This document shows, piece by piece, positions 32,101 through 44,778 of a stretch of DNA of 64,000 nt. The stretch lies in the IMG/VR virus record IMGVR_UViG_3300009499_000096, one strand, 5' to 3'. The notes beneath the pieces were generated by a model. It was given only the letters and a program-made list of their open reading frames with translations. It ran no database searches and had not been told where the DNA came from. This DNA comes from an uncultured virus (IMG/VR IMGVR_UViG_3300009499_000096) (lineage: Duplodnaviria; Heunggongvirae; Uroviricota; Caudoviricetes). The position numbers and the translations under genes were made by a program. Position 1 is the stretch's first letter, and each line of letters starts with the position of its first letter.

Positions 32101-35100
32101 TCCCGATAAGCTACCAGCCTTCAAGCCTTCTACTGATGTTTTGAGAAAAGTGTTCAAACACACTATCTCCTTGGTCACGTATGCCCAGTATAAGAGAGGA
32201 CACATTGTTGAAAAAAAAGAGGCTCCATGGCTTCCTCATTTTGCTTTGATGTTTTCTGGAGTAATTCAGGACTTAAGACTTGCTGGGAAACTGTCTTTTA
32301 AACTTGCTTTTGAAATATGGTTTCATTTATGGAAACAGAATCCAATGTTTCAAGGGATAGGATCTCATAGTGATAAAAAAAACTTCAGAAAAATGGTGAA
32401 GGCTATGATGCCTTTCATTAATGGTGAAAAAAGGCTTGTAGCTAAAGAATCAGAGATTGGAGAACACTATCTTGAAGTTCAAAATGTGGAAGAGAGGGAT
32501 GAAGTAGATGCCTAGATGGACTTGCCCTATTTGTATGGAAAAAGGGAAAATCAAAACCTTTGAATCAAGAACACTTGCAGGAGTTGGATTGCAGAGAAGT
32601 AACCATCTTAGAAGTCATGGGATCTCTACAAGTGGTATGCCATTATCCATGAAAACAGACAACAGACACTTGATTGCTATTCATCTTGCTCATCAGACTT
32701 TCCAGAAAGACTTGGAGAAAAGACGAAAGGAAAGGAAAAAATCTTGATGCCTCTCACTGTGTTTAATCGGGATAAAGTCTGCTTGTTCTGTGACAGGAAG
32801 AAGGATGATTGGAAGTCCAGTTTGCTTAGTATGATTCCATCAATGAAGGTTCCCTTGTTTGTTGTAACTGTGTGTCCTGAATGTCGAAAGAAGCATACGA
32901 TTCAGGAAATGTATGAGAAAATTACTACTCTGATGGGAATAGAGTTTAAAAACTATGTGGATGCTACACGAATGAGGAACATCTGCTACTTCCTGACAAC
33001 ACCTAAAGTTCAAGGAAAGGATAAGCCATGAGTCTTGATTTAGCTCCTAAGATAGTTGGCTGGAGTTTTAATCTAATCAGAATACCTCTTACCCGATGGT
33101 ATCTGGATTTAGTCTATGATAGTGGAAAACTAAGTTTGCAGCTTTGGAGACGTAGCTCATGAAGATGGAACTGATGAAGAAAGTGTGCTCTGAATATTCT
33201 GGTCAGAAAGTGAAGGTAATCTACATCACCAGCACAATCAGCTACTGGGAAGAGGGAATCCTGTTACCATTCAAGGAATCTAATGATGGCATACGGATCC
33301 AGACTCATGAACCTGTAGTTGTAGAAACTGTGTCGGGAACTGTGCATGATTCTGGCATCAGTCAAATTGACAAGAGGAAACTTTTGAAGATCCTTACTCC
33401 TGATGGCAAGACTTGGGAGAATCCAGCTAAAGAGCAGCTACGATTTAATAGATGCCCTTACCGAACTACCAAGAAAATTAATAGATGCCCTAAGTGTGGC
33501 GGTTTCATGAGGGGAAGATCCAGAGAAGGCAAGGAGCCAAGGAAGGTGGTCTCAATATGAGATGGAGATATAAAATTTTGCTTATAGAGCTATTTGCTTT
33601 TGTTATTCTCCAAGTAGCTGTGTTGGTTCCAGCATATACGCTGGGAAGATCACTGGGAATCTTCTTTCTAACTGGTCTGGGAATATTCTTGTCTGCTAAT
33701 GTTCTGGCTTTTAGTTTGATGTTATGGTATAATCGGGTTTTTCCAGAAGAGGAGACGACAACAAAATGATTTTCCAGCTTTCACCAATTGAAACTCTGTT
33801 CATAGGTGTTGTAGGTCTCATCTGTTTATTTGCTGGAGTCGGAACAGTGTTTTACTTTGGGTTTTTGGGTAGAACTGGTGGTCACATACATTCTATTGAA
33901 CCAATATCTAACCTTTATTGGCTCTGTATCCCCTTCTTCATCATGGCTTTTATTTTCTTTGAGCTTCTACTTAAATATGGATACAAAAAGGAGACGACAC
34001 CAGAATGAGTGCTTTTACTCAGATGTGGAAGGTGGATTCTGTGGAAGATATGAATAAGCTGCTGTCTGCTGGATGGAAATTTATTCAAGTAGTCTATGAG
34101 GCAAGAGACGTGTGGAGAGAAGGCTGGTGGAGTAATAAGGTAATTGGCTCTGCTAGAGAACCATACTACTTGATGGGAAAGCCTCAGAAGGTTTCACCAA
34201 GGATAAATGCTGAGAAGTTAAGTCGTGAATACCTATCAGATTATATGGAGAGAGTTAAACCTGAAAAGGAGACAACAAAATGAGTGGCTTCTTTACGAAA
34301 GTGAAAGTCGCTGGGCTCTTGCTCTTTGTCATAATCATTATGCTCATCATCTTGCTTCCTTACATTGGAGTGTTTCTACCAGCGAACATTACCAGTGGTG
34401 GAATCATACTAGCCATATTTCTAATCTTCATCGGGAGATTACTGGAAGGAGCTACAAGTAAATGATTACATGGACTCAAATCTACTTGGCTATATCTTTC
34501 ACTCTGGCTTTCTTTCTGTTGTCGGCTATTTTCTTTATAATGGCTCACAAATCTAAGATTGCTCTGCTACTGGACATCTTAAGACATCATAAAGATTCCT
34601 TGAGTGATGAAGAGAAGAACACCATTGTTTTGATAGAGGAAAAACTATGAAAGTTGAAATTACTCCAAGGATGATGATAAAGGCAAGATGGGAGTTTACA
34701 CGACTAATTACTACCTGTGCGTGTAGCAGAGCATCTATTGAAATTACTGAAAAAGAGGTTGCTGAAGCAAAAGGGAGAGACTTTGAATTAACTGTTCACA
34801 TCCCATCGTGCACACCTAAAAACTGCTTTCCAATTTTGTATAATCTTCTCTATCCTGATGGTGGTTTCAATAAAGTATCATATCTGGTAACGAATTATAG
34901 AAAACGTAAGAAAAGAGAGGGTTCAGACGAATGATTGCAAAGAGGCTTATTGATGAATGGGGAAAAGCTAAGTTAGCTAAGACTCTCACAGAAGGCAATA
35001 TTCCCAAGTTTATTGTAGCAGCCTCAATGGATTGTTTTGGGGATGGAGTATGGGTTGAATGTTCAAACAACTGTGGCAAAATGATAGTTGTTAGAAGTTG

Positions 35101-35597
35101 GCTTATGCCCATTGTGGAGAAGCATAAAATCCCAGTGATTTGCCTTTCATGTGTTCATAAGATTGATCCAGAAGAGTTCCATGCACAACTAAAAGACGAT
35201 TTAGAAAAAATCTTAAAGGAAGCTGATAAATGAGGTTTGAGGAATACTGGTATCTCTTCAACACGTTTGGAGCAAATTGCCAGCATAAGATGTTGTGGTT
35301 CTTCAATTCTACTGAAAATTATATGTGGAATGGATTTGTGGTGTGGAAATCAATATGACGAAAAAATACAAAGAATGTAATTATCCTGATTGCGATGGGG
35401 AAGATCCAGAGTGTGAAGGAAGAGAAGATTGTCCATGGGATGAACCAGAGGCTTCACCATGAAATTGAGATGTTTTGGTTTAGGGCTGGTTGTTGGAGCT
35501 TTCATTATACGGTATGTTTGGAATCCTACTTCACCACTTGTTCCTTTGGCTTCACTTTTTGGGTTAGGGCTTGTTTTTGGAGACTATTTTAGGGGAA

Positions 35598-35774
35598 ATG
35601 GGAATGACTAAGAAAGGAACTTCTAAGGTGTATAAGCATCTGAAATGTGACACCATGTATATTTCTGTTCCAGCTTTGGTAGCTTCTGATTCTACTTTTC
35701 CCTTTAAGAAAGGTGACAGAGTTCACATTGAGATTAAAGGAGAGAGTTTGAAGATTTGGAAGGTTGAAGAATGA
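35598..35774 (+). CDS. AbrB/SpoVT-like DNA-binding protein
   Basis: YISVPALVASDSTFPFKKGDRVHIEIKGESLKI. Confidence 0.7.
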   Translation: MGMTKKGTSKVYKHLKCDTMYISVPALVASDSTFPFKKGDRVHIEIKGESLKIWKVEE

Positions 35775-35982
35775 ATTGTCCTAAATGTGGTAGTGAAAAT
35801 CTTGGCATAACTCCAATGCAGTATGTGAAATGCAGAGATTGTGGTCATAATCTTGGACGAAAGAGGGTTTAAAGATGAAGTGTCCTTGTGGTAGCAGAAG
35901 GCTGGCTCAGACACCTGATCAAACAGTGTATTGCAGAGAGTGTGGAAGGAATCTGGGAGTCATTAGGGATATAGTGAAGTGA
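35771..35982 (+). CDS. Two tandem Zn-ribbon microproteins (35771-35872, 35875-35982)
   Basis: MNCPKCGSENLGITPMQYVKCRDCGHNLG.. and MKCPCGSRRLAQTPDQTVYCRECGRNLG..; translated by hand. Confidence 0.7.
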
Positions 35983-36510
35983 CTTTGGAAAGAAACATTA
36001 AGACACCTGATTTCTCTAAATACAAACAACCTGAGAAGCAGAAAAAAGGATTGCTGAATTACCTTGATGAAGATGGAGAACGGTTAAATTGGTGGTGTGG
36101 TCAATGTGGCAAAAAAGTGGAAGAAGGAGATCAAATACATCAAGTGAATGGGAGAGAGGGTTGTCCTACCTGTGGAAGAGTGCTGAGAAGAGGCTCCCGA
36201 AATGGTATGAATAGAAACAAGGATGTGTGGAGACTATGATTGACTGGGTAAAACTGAGGTTTCAGTATTTAAAAGAGTCTAATCCAACAGTTTCTGATGA
36301 GATTTTGCTCAGGAAAGCTAAAGAACAATTCAAAACAATTAGAATAACATTACCGAAAGCCCAAGCTCTTGCTTGGCAAAAAGAATTAGTTGAAAGGGAG
36401 ATAGAAGCCACAAAGAAACTTGCAAAAATGATGGGGAAGAGAAGAAAGTTACATTCTGTCATGCGATGGGCTGAGATGGTGGAAGAGGCAATGTTGAAGG
36501 AGCTGGGAAA

Positions 36511-36717
36511 ATGAATGTGGCTAAGTTTGCTTCATGCTTGAAGGAGCTGGGAATCACAGATCTGGGTTTTCATAATCGAAAGAAGCTCTGCAAACTTGCC
36601 TATTTACTTACTGTGTTTGGTGTTGATCTTGGCTTGCCTTTGAAATCGTTTAGATGGTATCTGCATGGAATCTACAATCCTGAAATCTCAGAGTTGATGA
36701 GAGGATTACAAAAATGA
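36511..36717 (+). CDS. Short Panacea/SocA-like (DUF4065-like) protein
   Basis: RKKLCKLAYLL..FRWYLHGIYNPEI resembles the KLQKLxY..F.W..GP motif. Confidence 0.45.
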   Translation: MNVAKFASCLKELGITDLGFHNRKKLCKLAYLLTVFGVDLGLPLKSFRWYLHGIYNPEISELMRGLQK

Positions 36718-37537
36718 GTGAATGTATTGTATGTGGAAGAACAGATAACCTAGTTGAAATAACATATGAAAATATTGATGGTAGTGAGGAAGTAGAATTT
36801 TATTGTGTAGAACATGGAAGATTAGAATTTCAGAAAGAATGGAAAAAGGTTAAGAGGATTTAAAAAATGACAAGTCCTAGACGATGGAGATTAGTTCGCT
36901 GTTTCATGGATCAGATTCATCCAGAGCTCAAAATTAGAGAGGAAAGGGCAAGGAAGTTCATTGCTGATCTTGCAGAGGATGGTTTTAAAGCCAGAATTTA
37001 TGCTCCTCTTCCCCGACACAGAACAAGTGGTCACACTCATGTTGTTGCTCTATGCACTCTTGAAGAGAAACTGCTTATTGGTGGTGTTTTCAAGAAAGTA
37101 GGTGATCGAATCAAAGTTGTTAATCGTGAGATTAGTTCAAAGCGTCTTAATGAGATTGCTGAATCTCTAAGGAAACAGCGTGGTTTTCTATATGTTGATG
37201 AAAGTGCTGAAAGTGCTGCTGCTGTGAGGTTACGAAAATGAGAGCTATGAATTTTACACTAGAGTATAGAGACGTTTTCATACAGATTCCTATAGATGAG
37301 AACTTCCCAGAATCAGTGGACTATGCTCTAGGCTGGCTCAGATTCGTGAAGCAATATGTGAAGGTGAAACAAGCTGACTTATGACATTGATTTTGACCAA
37401 GAAGATCATTTTGATGATCCAGAAAATGAGAATGATTGCTATTATGGGTTTGATCAATGTGTTGATTCTACTTGTCGGGATCGTGAGAGTTGTCTTGGAT
37501 GTTTTGTGATTGCTCCACCTAAAAAGGAGACATCAAA

Positions 37538-38239
37538 ATGACTTCAATTCTTAGTTTTGGTGGTGGTGTTAATTCAACAGCAATATTAGTGCTTCATGCT
37601 ATGGGGAAAATCAAGTTAGATGCCATTATTTTTGCTGATACAGGATCTGAGCTTCCTGAGACCTATGAATATATGGAAGAATATATCAAATCATTATGTG
37701 CTGGATTGCAGTTACCTTTTCATAGAGTTGCTAAAGGAGATTTGTTTCAATATTATTGGGAGAAAAAACTAATTCCTTTCCGAATACAGCGTCAATGCAC
37801 AGACAAATACAAGATTAGACCAATCAAAGCATTTATGAAAGAAAAATATCCTGATGCTATAACAGTAATCGGTATTGATTATGGAGAACGTCATAGGGCT
37901 GAAAGATTCAGAGGAGTTTTTGAGTTCCCTTTAATAGATATGGAGATTAATAGGGATAACTGTGAAAGGATCATACAAAACTATGGTTTGCCTATTCCTG
38001 TAAAAAGTGGTTGTTTCTTTTGTCCATTCACAAAAAAACAAGGATGGATTAATCTTCTAAGGGATCACAGAGATCTCTTCCTTAAAGCAGAATGCTTTGA
38101 ACAGAACAGCAAAAAATATCCGAAGTTTACCCTTACACGTAAACCATTACAGAGAATCAGGGAAAGCATAGAAAACCAACAAAGCTTATGCGATTGGATA
38201 GATCAAGAGGAGTCACCATGTCTTTTCTGTCACACATGA
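37538..38239 (+). CDS. PAPS-reductase-family (PP-loop) protein
   Basis: LSFGGGVNS, FADTGSELPETY, RQCTDKYKI.PI, KSGCFFCPF. Confidence 0.85.
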   Translation: MTSILSFGGGVNSTAILVLHAMGKIKLDAIIFADTGSELPETYEYMEEYIKSLCAGLQLPFHRVAKGDLFQYYWEKKLIPFRIQRQCTDKYKIRPIKAFMKEKYPDAITVIGIDYGERHRAERFRGVFEFPLIDMEINRDNCERIIQNYGLPIPVKSGCFFCPFTKKQGWINLLRDHRDLFLKAECFEQNSKKYPKFTLTRKPLQRIRESIENQQSLCDWIDQEESPCLFCHT

Positions 38240-41086
38240 GGCATCAGTTATGAAAGAACTGAATTTTAGAGGGGAAAAATTCTTTCATGATGAGGAGAAC
38301 AACATCTTGTCTTTTCATATTCGGGAACCTTTCTATTCTGCTGGCAAAGAGTTCAACTGGTTTGGAGCCACTGTAGGATTAGGCATTAATAGACCAGCTT
38401 TAGATTATGCCATTCAACATGGATTGATGATTAGAGTTACAGTGAAAGATAATAAAAATGCTTATGAAATCAGCCCTGAGTTTTGGTTGAACTGGGCTTT
38501 AAAACATAAGAGCATCAAAAAAAAGGGAACAACAGATTTGTTTGTATGCCAATGGTCAAGAGTTCAATTCAAAACAATTCAAAGGAGCTCCTAGCTTTGG
38601 TGATTATGTTTCAGGTGAAAGAGGCAAGGGAATACTTGCTAAAACATGGAAAGCTCTATACATTAAGAGCTCTAACTATGCTCAAGGAATTTCCTGAGAA
38701 CATCAAACTGATAGGTGATGCTTCATGATGCCAGCTCAGAGTTTGCAGCTTCTTAAAGAAAAATACCCTGAGTTCATTAAGAACTTAAAGTCTAGTGCTG
38801 AAGATGATAGACCTTTTGAAACTGAGGACTGTAAAAAATGTAAGTGTATCACATGGTTTTTTGCTGGCAATGATAGAGGGTTCTGTGGTGGATTTCCTCA
38901 GAAACCTAAACCTGAAGTGGATGTGATCAGATTCTGTTTAGTGAGTGGAACTGAAGCTGATTTTATTGATTTAAAATTAGGTGAAGCCTTGGAAATGTCG
39001 TGTGTTTTTGCTACTTGTGCTGAAGAATATATCACCAAGGTTTTGAAACCTAGAATCAAACTCATCAATCCAGATCTGGTGAGAAAAAACATGAAGAGAA
39101 GGACTAAGAGAAAGGTGGTGAATGAGAAGTGAGGCTGCTGAAGAAAATTGCCTTGATAGCAATTCCCATGCTTCCATTGTGCATACATTGGACTTGCTGT
39201 TTGCTGAGATTAATGTTCTGTCTGTAGGCAAGATTCTCCATGCAACTCACTACCCTTTTTTTCTACATTGAAAGGAGCTGTTCTTAATGATTAACGAACT
39301 TATAGACTTTATTGCTGACTTCTTTGGTGTCACTTGGAAATTCTATGCTTTTATGATAAGTCTCACAGTATCTCTTTACGTAGCCTTCACACCTTTTGGA
39401 ATCTTGGGAGCTCTTGCAGTTCACTCATGGGTTTTTATTCTAGTGATTCTTGAGTGGATTCGTGCTAACTTCTTCTTGCTCAAACCTAAAGATGGCTACG
39501 TGACTTCTGAAGCACGTAAGAAACAACTGATTGAAGCAGAGAAGGAAAGAAGGAAAACCAGAAGGGTAGCTACATAACTTTTTTCATCAAATACCCTACC
39601 CTAAACTGTTAAAAAGTGAAGTTTTCTCCTTTCCATGAGTAAATCTTAAAAGCATTATTGTATAATATGAACAGCGTGATTTCACATGGCTGGTATCCAA
39701 GTATATCTTTCTCATGAAGAATACCTGAGAGTAAGTGCAGTATGTGAAGCTCTTATTAAGAAAGGAACAGTGAAAGAAGGCAAAAAGGCTTTCAACCATT
39801 CTCTAAAACTCTGTCTTTTCACTCATGGGCTTCCTCACTGGGAGAAAGAGTTAGGTCTAAGCACAGAGGATTTAGTGGAATTAGTTAAAAAATACAAGGT
39901 GGTGAGTGATTAGAAATGGATACTCAAACTCATAAATTTCATGTGGCAAAGCACGTAACCTCAGAGGTCTCAGATAAGGATCCTAAGATAACTGTGGTTT
40001 TCAAGGGAAAGATTGACGATGCGTTAGCTGAGATCAAGCTGGTGACAACTGAAGAATCAATCAAAGACGTGTATCCTCTGAATGAAGATTTCAATGTGGC
40101 TATTGGATTTCATAAGATACAAGCAGAGCTGATGCCAAGGAAAGAAGAAGAAGAAAACAAGTTGGATGAAACTCTTGTGTAGGACTCTCAAGGCTTGTAG
40201 AAGGGAACTGGATGAATGGCTTTACAGGAGCTACACTAAACATCTGAACTTCCAATCATTGTGGAGAGCTAGACGTGGAATAAGAAACATTAGATTAATG
40301 CTGGGTATCTAATGAGAAACCCTTTTTCTATCATCTGGAAATGGCTCAATAAACCCTTGGTCAAGTGCAAGTATTGTAACAAGCCTTTCGTGGATAGACA
40401 GAAGCTAATCCAGCATCAGAGAGAGTGTAAACAGAAGAGGAAGAGAGAAAGGAAACTTAAGAAAAGGAGACAACACTAGAAAATGCCTAAAAAACCTTTG
40501 AAATCATGGACTTACAAACAGCTAGTATCCTTGATAGATCCGAAAACTGAGAGTGTTGCCTTCTCTGACAGTGATAAAGACAAGGATCAGAAATATGCTT
40601 GCATCGTGGATAATGAAAATGACAGGATGAAAGCTTTGTTTGTGAAGGGGAATAATGGAAGATATGTGCGTATGGAACTTGAGAAAATGCTGGAGTTCAT
40701 TGCTACCAAACTTGAGCCTCATTTTAACATAAAGGATTTTCTGAAGGAGTTTATTGCACTTAGAACTCCACCTGATCAAGTTGCTTCATTGTTTGAACGA
40801 CTACATAATCCAAAGGCTTCAGTGAAGCATCATAAGGACTGTTACACTTTGCGTATTGGTGGAGACAGAGGGTATCCAGAGGAATTGGTGTTGTGTCAAT
40901 GAGCACTAAGGCTGAGAAACTAATCCTCAAAAAAACCTATAAGTGCTCTGCAAGGATGCAGAAGATGTTGGAATTGGAGTTGAAATTGGATGGTTGTTCT
41001 TCTGAAGAAATTTCTGAAGCTCTTAAGAAACTGACAAAAGAAGGAGCAATTTACATCTGTAGAACGGATAACTGGATCAAAAAGGT

Positions 41087-41467
41087 TTGAAAGAGGGTAA
41101 TGAATCAACAATGAAGGAAGTTCATAGGGAGAAGCATAAGGTTATTTGTCTTGTTGGTTCCACTCAGACAAGGTGGAGAACTAGGTATCGCTTGGTGGAA
41201 GTGGCTCTCACTCATCTCAGGTATCTTGTGGTTACAGTGGTGTTTTTCAGAGATGAGCTTCCTGATTTTGGGAAGCATCGTAAGCTCATTGAAAGTATCC
41301 ACTTTCAGAAAATAGATATGGCTGATGCAGTTGTCCTCATTCACAAGGATGCACTCAGCAAACATTCTAAGATTGAAATAGAGTATGCCAAGGAAACTGG
41401 TAAGCCATTTTATGTTTTCGGTAGTATTGAGCAGATTGTTAAGGAGCTTGAGGGCTTAGAACTATGA
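41087..41467 (+). CDS. Nucleoside 2-deoxyribosyltransferase-like protein
   Basis: VICLVGS..HFQKIDMADAVV..SKIEIEYAKETGKP. Confidence 0.65.
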   Translation: MKEGNESTMKEVHREKHKVICLVGSTQTRWRTRYRLVEVALTHLRYLVVTVVFFRDELPDFGKHRKLIESIHFQKIDMADAVVLIHKDALSKHSKIEIEYAKETGKPFYVFGSIEQIVKELEGLEL

Positions 41468-42990
41468 GTGAAATTGAGGAACTGAAGAAGAGTGTTTCCT
41501 CAGTTGAAGAACAGTTTGCTAAGGTAGAGTCTGAAATAGATCGTATGAGAGAGAAACTGAAGAGTGATTTTGAGGGTTTACTGGACAAGCATCAATCAGG
41601 TCAAGTGGATAAGGAGTTTCTATCTGAGTTTATCAAAGAACCTTTTGTGATGTTGCCCAAGAGAGGGCATGAATGGTATGTGATTGTTCCAAAGTTCATG
41701 AAGATGCAAGTCGGCTACTTGGAGCATAGCACAAAGAGCTATAATATTTTTATCGTAAACAAATATGTCCAATGGCTCAGTGAAATCCCATCAAGCATCA
41801 AGGATAAGTTGAAGTTCCCGACACCTTACCCTTTCAAAGTTTATGATGGGATGCTTCTCACAGGAGAACAACATCAAAAGCAAGCTTGGGATCGGTTCAA
41901 AAACTATCTCCATGCAAGAGTTGGGAAAGACAGGATTCGTATTCGGAAAGGCTATGAGTTCAAGCTGATTGCCAAGCTGATTGAAGAAGGAACTTTACCT
42001 TTCATACCTAAAGAGGTTGCAGAGGATGATAGAAGAGATTGGTCTGGAGTCGGCTATGACAAATACGCTGCTATCTGCAACAAGAAAAACATCACAGGGC
42101 TCCAAGATAAAGCATGGTTGAAGTTCCTTGAGCATGGAGCTATGGGTATCTACTGGGCTTTTGGTGGTGGAAAAAGTCTCTTTGGACATAGACTTTGTGG
42201 CTGCATCACAGGGAATAAACTGGTGGTGGTTCCAACTATCACATTAAAGGAACAGTGGTTTGAACGACTTGAATTATTCAATCCTTTGACTAACCATGAA
42301 GTGCAAGTGGAAACCTACCATTCCTACAGTAAAGTGAAGGAGAAAGATTGGAAGCTGGTTATTTTTGATGAATGTCAGCATCTCCCAGCTAACACCTTCA
42401 TCAGATTAAGCACTTTGAAAACCAAATATCGAATAGGCTTCAGTGGTTCTCCCTTCAGAGAAGATGGAAGAGAAAACTACATTTTTGCTCTTACTGGATA
42501 CCCAATGGGAATTGCTTGGGAAGATCTCTTAAGATTAAAGGCTGTGAGAGCTCCACAATTCCGACTCTACGTTTTTGATTCTAAACGTGAGAAGGATCAG
42601 AAGCTTGAGGAACTGCTGCAAATACCAATTAAAACCATAGTTTTCTGTGACAGCCTAGATTATGGAGAGCAAATCAGCAAGAAGTTTGAGATACCTTTCG
42701 TGTATTCAGCTACTAAGGATAGATTGGATATTATCAGAAATTCACTAATCAGTGTAGTGAGCAGAGTTGGCGATCAGGGAATCAGCATCCTAGACTTGGA
42801 GAGAGTTATTGAAGTAGCTTTTCTCTATGGAAGTCGGATGCAAGAAAGCCAGCGTTTTGGTAGATTAATGCACTCATCTAAAAAAGCCCAGCACATCATA
42901 CTAATGACCAGAAAGGAGTTTGAGAAATATCAAAAACGTCTTAAAGCTATTCTTCAGAGAGGTTTCAAGATTGAATATGTTGGAGTTTAG
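41464..42990 (+). CDS. SF2 DNA helicase, XPB/Rad25-like
   Basis: GGGKS (Walker A), VVVPT, IFDECQH, SGSPFREDG, QRFGRLMH. Confidence 0.9.
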   Translation: MSEIEELKKSVSSVEEQFAKVESEIDRMREKLKSDFEGLLDKHQSGQVDKEFLSEFIKEPFVMLPKRGHEWYVIVPKFMKMQVGYLEHSTKSYNIFIVNKYVQWLSEIPSSIKDKLKFPTPYPFKVYDGMLLTGEQHQKQAWDRFKNYLHARVGKDRIRIRKGYEFKLIAKLIEEGTLPFIPKEVAEDDRRDWSGVGYDKYAAICNKKNITGLQDKAWLKFLEHGAMGIYWAFGGGKSLFGHRLCGCITGNKLVVVPTITLKEQWFERLELFNPLTNHEVQVETYHSYSKVKEKDWKLVIFDECQHLPANTFIRLSTLKTKYRIGFSGSPFREDGRENYIFALTGYPMGIAWEDLLRLKAVRAPQFRLYVFDSKREKDQKLEELLQIPIKTIVFCDSLDYGEQISKKFEIPFVYSATKDRLDIIRNSLISVVSRVGDQGISILDLERVIEVAFLYGSRMQESQRFGRLMHSSKKAQHIILMTRKEFEKYQKRLKAILQRGFKIEYVGV

Positions 42991-43737
42991 AACTCTAAGC
43001 AAAGAGTCTATCCTCATCATATTCTGCTTTATCAGTTTCATAGTAATGGTTGTTGCTTGGGTTTTAATGGAATACGCTGAAATGAGAGCCATTCTGTTTC
43101 CAGACGATGAAAATATGTATGAGGACTAAAAATGGTCAAAGAAGCCTTGTTAGTTAGGAGAGGAAGCCCAATTGGATTCTACAGGAAATTAGAACCTATC
43201 TGTTATCAATGTCAAAGAATCCTTGATTCTCACAAGTATATCTGTAATGCAAGAAAGGATGATCAACAATATTCTGAGCCATGCACAGAACTGGAATGGG
43301 AAATATGCCCTTTAAACCCTGAGAGGTCTATCATTGCCAAGGAGAAGAAAAAGCTCTAAAATCCCTGTTGCTTTCCCAGAGAACGTGAAGAACCTTCTCT
43401 TTGAGAAAATTGGAAAATATCAGGTCTCAGCTTTCATCAGAGATTTAGTTCAAATAGAACTATTCAGATGCCATAGAATGATTTGTGTTCACTGTGGTTC
43501 TAAGCTCATTAAAATGGAAATCAAAAGCAAAGAATACATGACTGGTTATAAATGTCATGGCTGTGGAAAGCAGACTTTTGATCATCGGGAAATGGATGAT
43601 GTGTTCGTGGAACACATCAATGAACACCTTAAGGTGATGTTTACACCTGAAGCTAATGCTAAAGTCTGCTGTAAAATCTGTGGTGAGACTTTGGAGAGAA
43701 TTTACAGGGATTGGAAGAGGAAGAAGATGAGGGAACA

Positions 43738-43950
43738 ATGAAATATTTTACCAAGGCTAGATTCATTCGATTAGTAAAGTTCTGTTTCTCAGCTCTCATT
43801 CTTTACATTCTTAAGGCTCCAATCCAAGTGCTCCTAACTGATTTCATCCACATTCATTATTTGATCAGTGGAGCTGTAGCTGGAGCTGTCATTACTTTAG
43901 CTCAGTTCTTACCTGTTGAACATTGGATTTGGAAAGGTGGAAAGAAATGA
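43738..43950 (+). CDS. GtrA-like small membrane protein (half-size)
   Basis: RLVKF..LLTD..HIHYLIS..VA....QFL...WIWK pattern typical of one GtrA repeat. Confidence 0.6.
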   Translation: MKYFTKARFIRLVKFCFSALILYILKAPIQVLLTDFIHIHYLISGAVAGAVITLAQFLPVEHWIWKGGKK

Positions 43951-44238
43951 TCATTTCAATATTAGCCATAGTTCTGAGTATATCTAGTTTAGTTCTACTG
44001 TATCTCTCTGAGAGAATGAAGGAGCCAAGGAGACGACACCATAAATGACTAGGAAAGCTAAAATCGTTTTTATAATTGTAATGACTGGACTAGGAGCCTT
44101 TCTTGGCTTAATCCTTGAGCTGATGGTTCAGTATTTTCAGAAAATTAATCATGATCCTTTGATTGTTGTTTTGCTTCCTACAGCTCTGTTGTTTATTTCT
44201 TCTTTATTATCAATTGGTATATTGGATCGGAAAAAACC

Positions 44239-44778
44239 ATGATTTATCGAACTATTCTGATGGATCCACCTTGGATGGAGAAAGGAGCTGGAAAATGTAA
44301 GAGGGGAGCTGATAAACACTACCAGCTAATGACTTCAGAGGAGATTATTGAAGCAATTGTGAATTGTCCAATGTTTACTCCTTCTGTGACTGGTTGCCAT
44401 CTTTACTTGTGGACTACTAACAATTTTCTTAAGGATGCTTTGAAGGTGATGGAGAAGATTGGATTCAGATACATCACTAATATTGTCTGGGTTAAGGATC
44501 GCTTTGGACTTGGGCAATACTTTAGACAGCAACATGAGCTCTGCTTGTTTGGTGTCAAGGGTAAGCTCATGACTAGAACTAAGAAAGTTTCTAGTGTCGT
44601 CTGTGAGAGAAAAAGGAAGCACTCTGAGAAGCCTAGACGAATGTATGAGCTCATCGAAAAACAAAGCCATCCACCTAGATTGGAGATGTTTTCTAGGACT
44701 AGAAGGGAAGGCTGGGATGTTTGGGGAGCTGAGGTTCCCAGTATGGAGCAAAGAGTTTTAGGAGTTGAACCTGATTGA
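44239..44778 (+). CDS. MT-A70-family adenine methyltransferase
   Basis: ILMDPPW, HLYLWTTN, GFRY..VWVK, GLGQYFR..HE.CLFG, HSEKP, LEMFSR..REGW..WG. Confidence 0.9.
   Translation: MIYRTILMDPPWMEKGAGKCKRGADKHYQLMTSEEIIEAIVNCPMFTPSVTGCHLYLWTTNNFLKDALKVMEKIGFRYITNIVWVKDRFGLGQYFRQQHELCLFGVKGKLMTRTKKVSSVVCERKRKHSEKPRRMYELIEKQSHPPRLEMFSRTRREGWDVWGAEVPSMEQRVLGVEPD

Noticed and set aside
37538..38239. Dnd phosphorothioation or sulfate-assimilation operon
   Set aside because: Solitary PP-loop gene; no dnd/ssp or cys neighbours recognised
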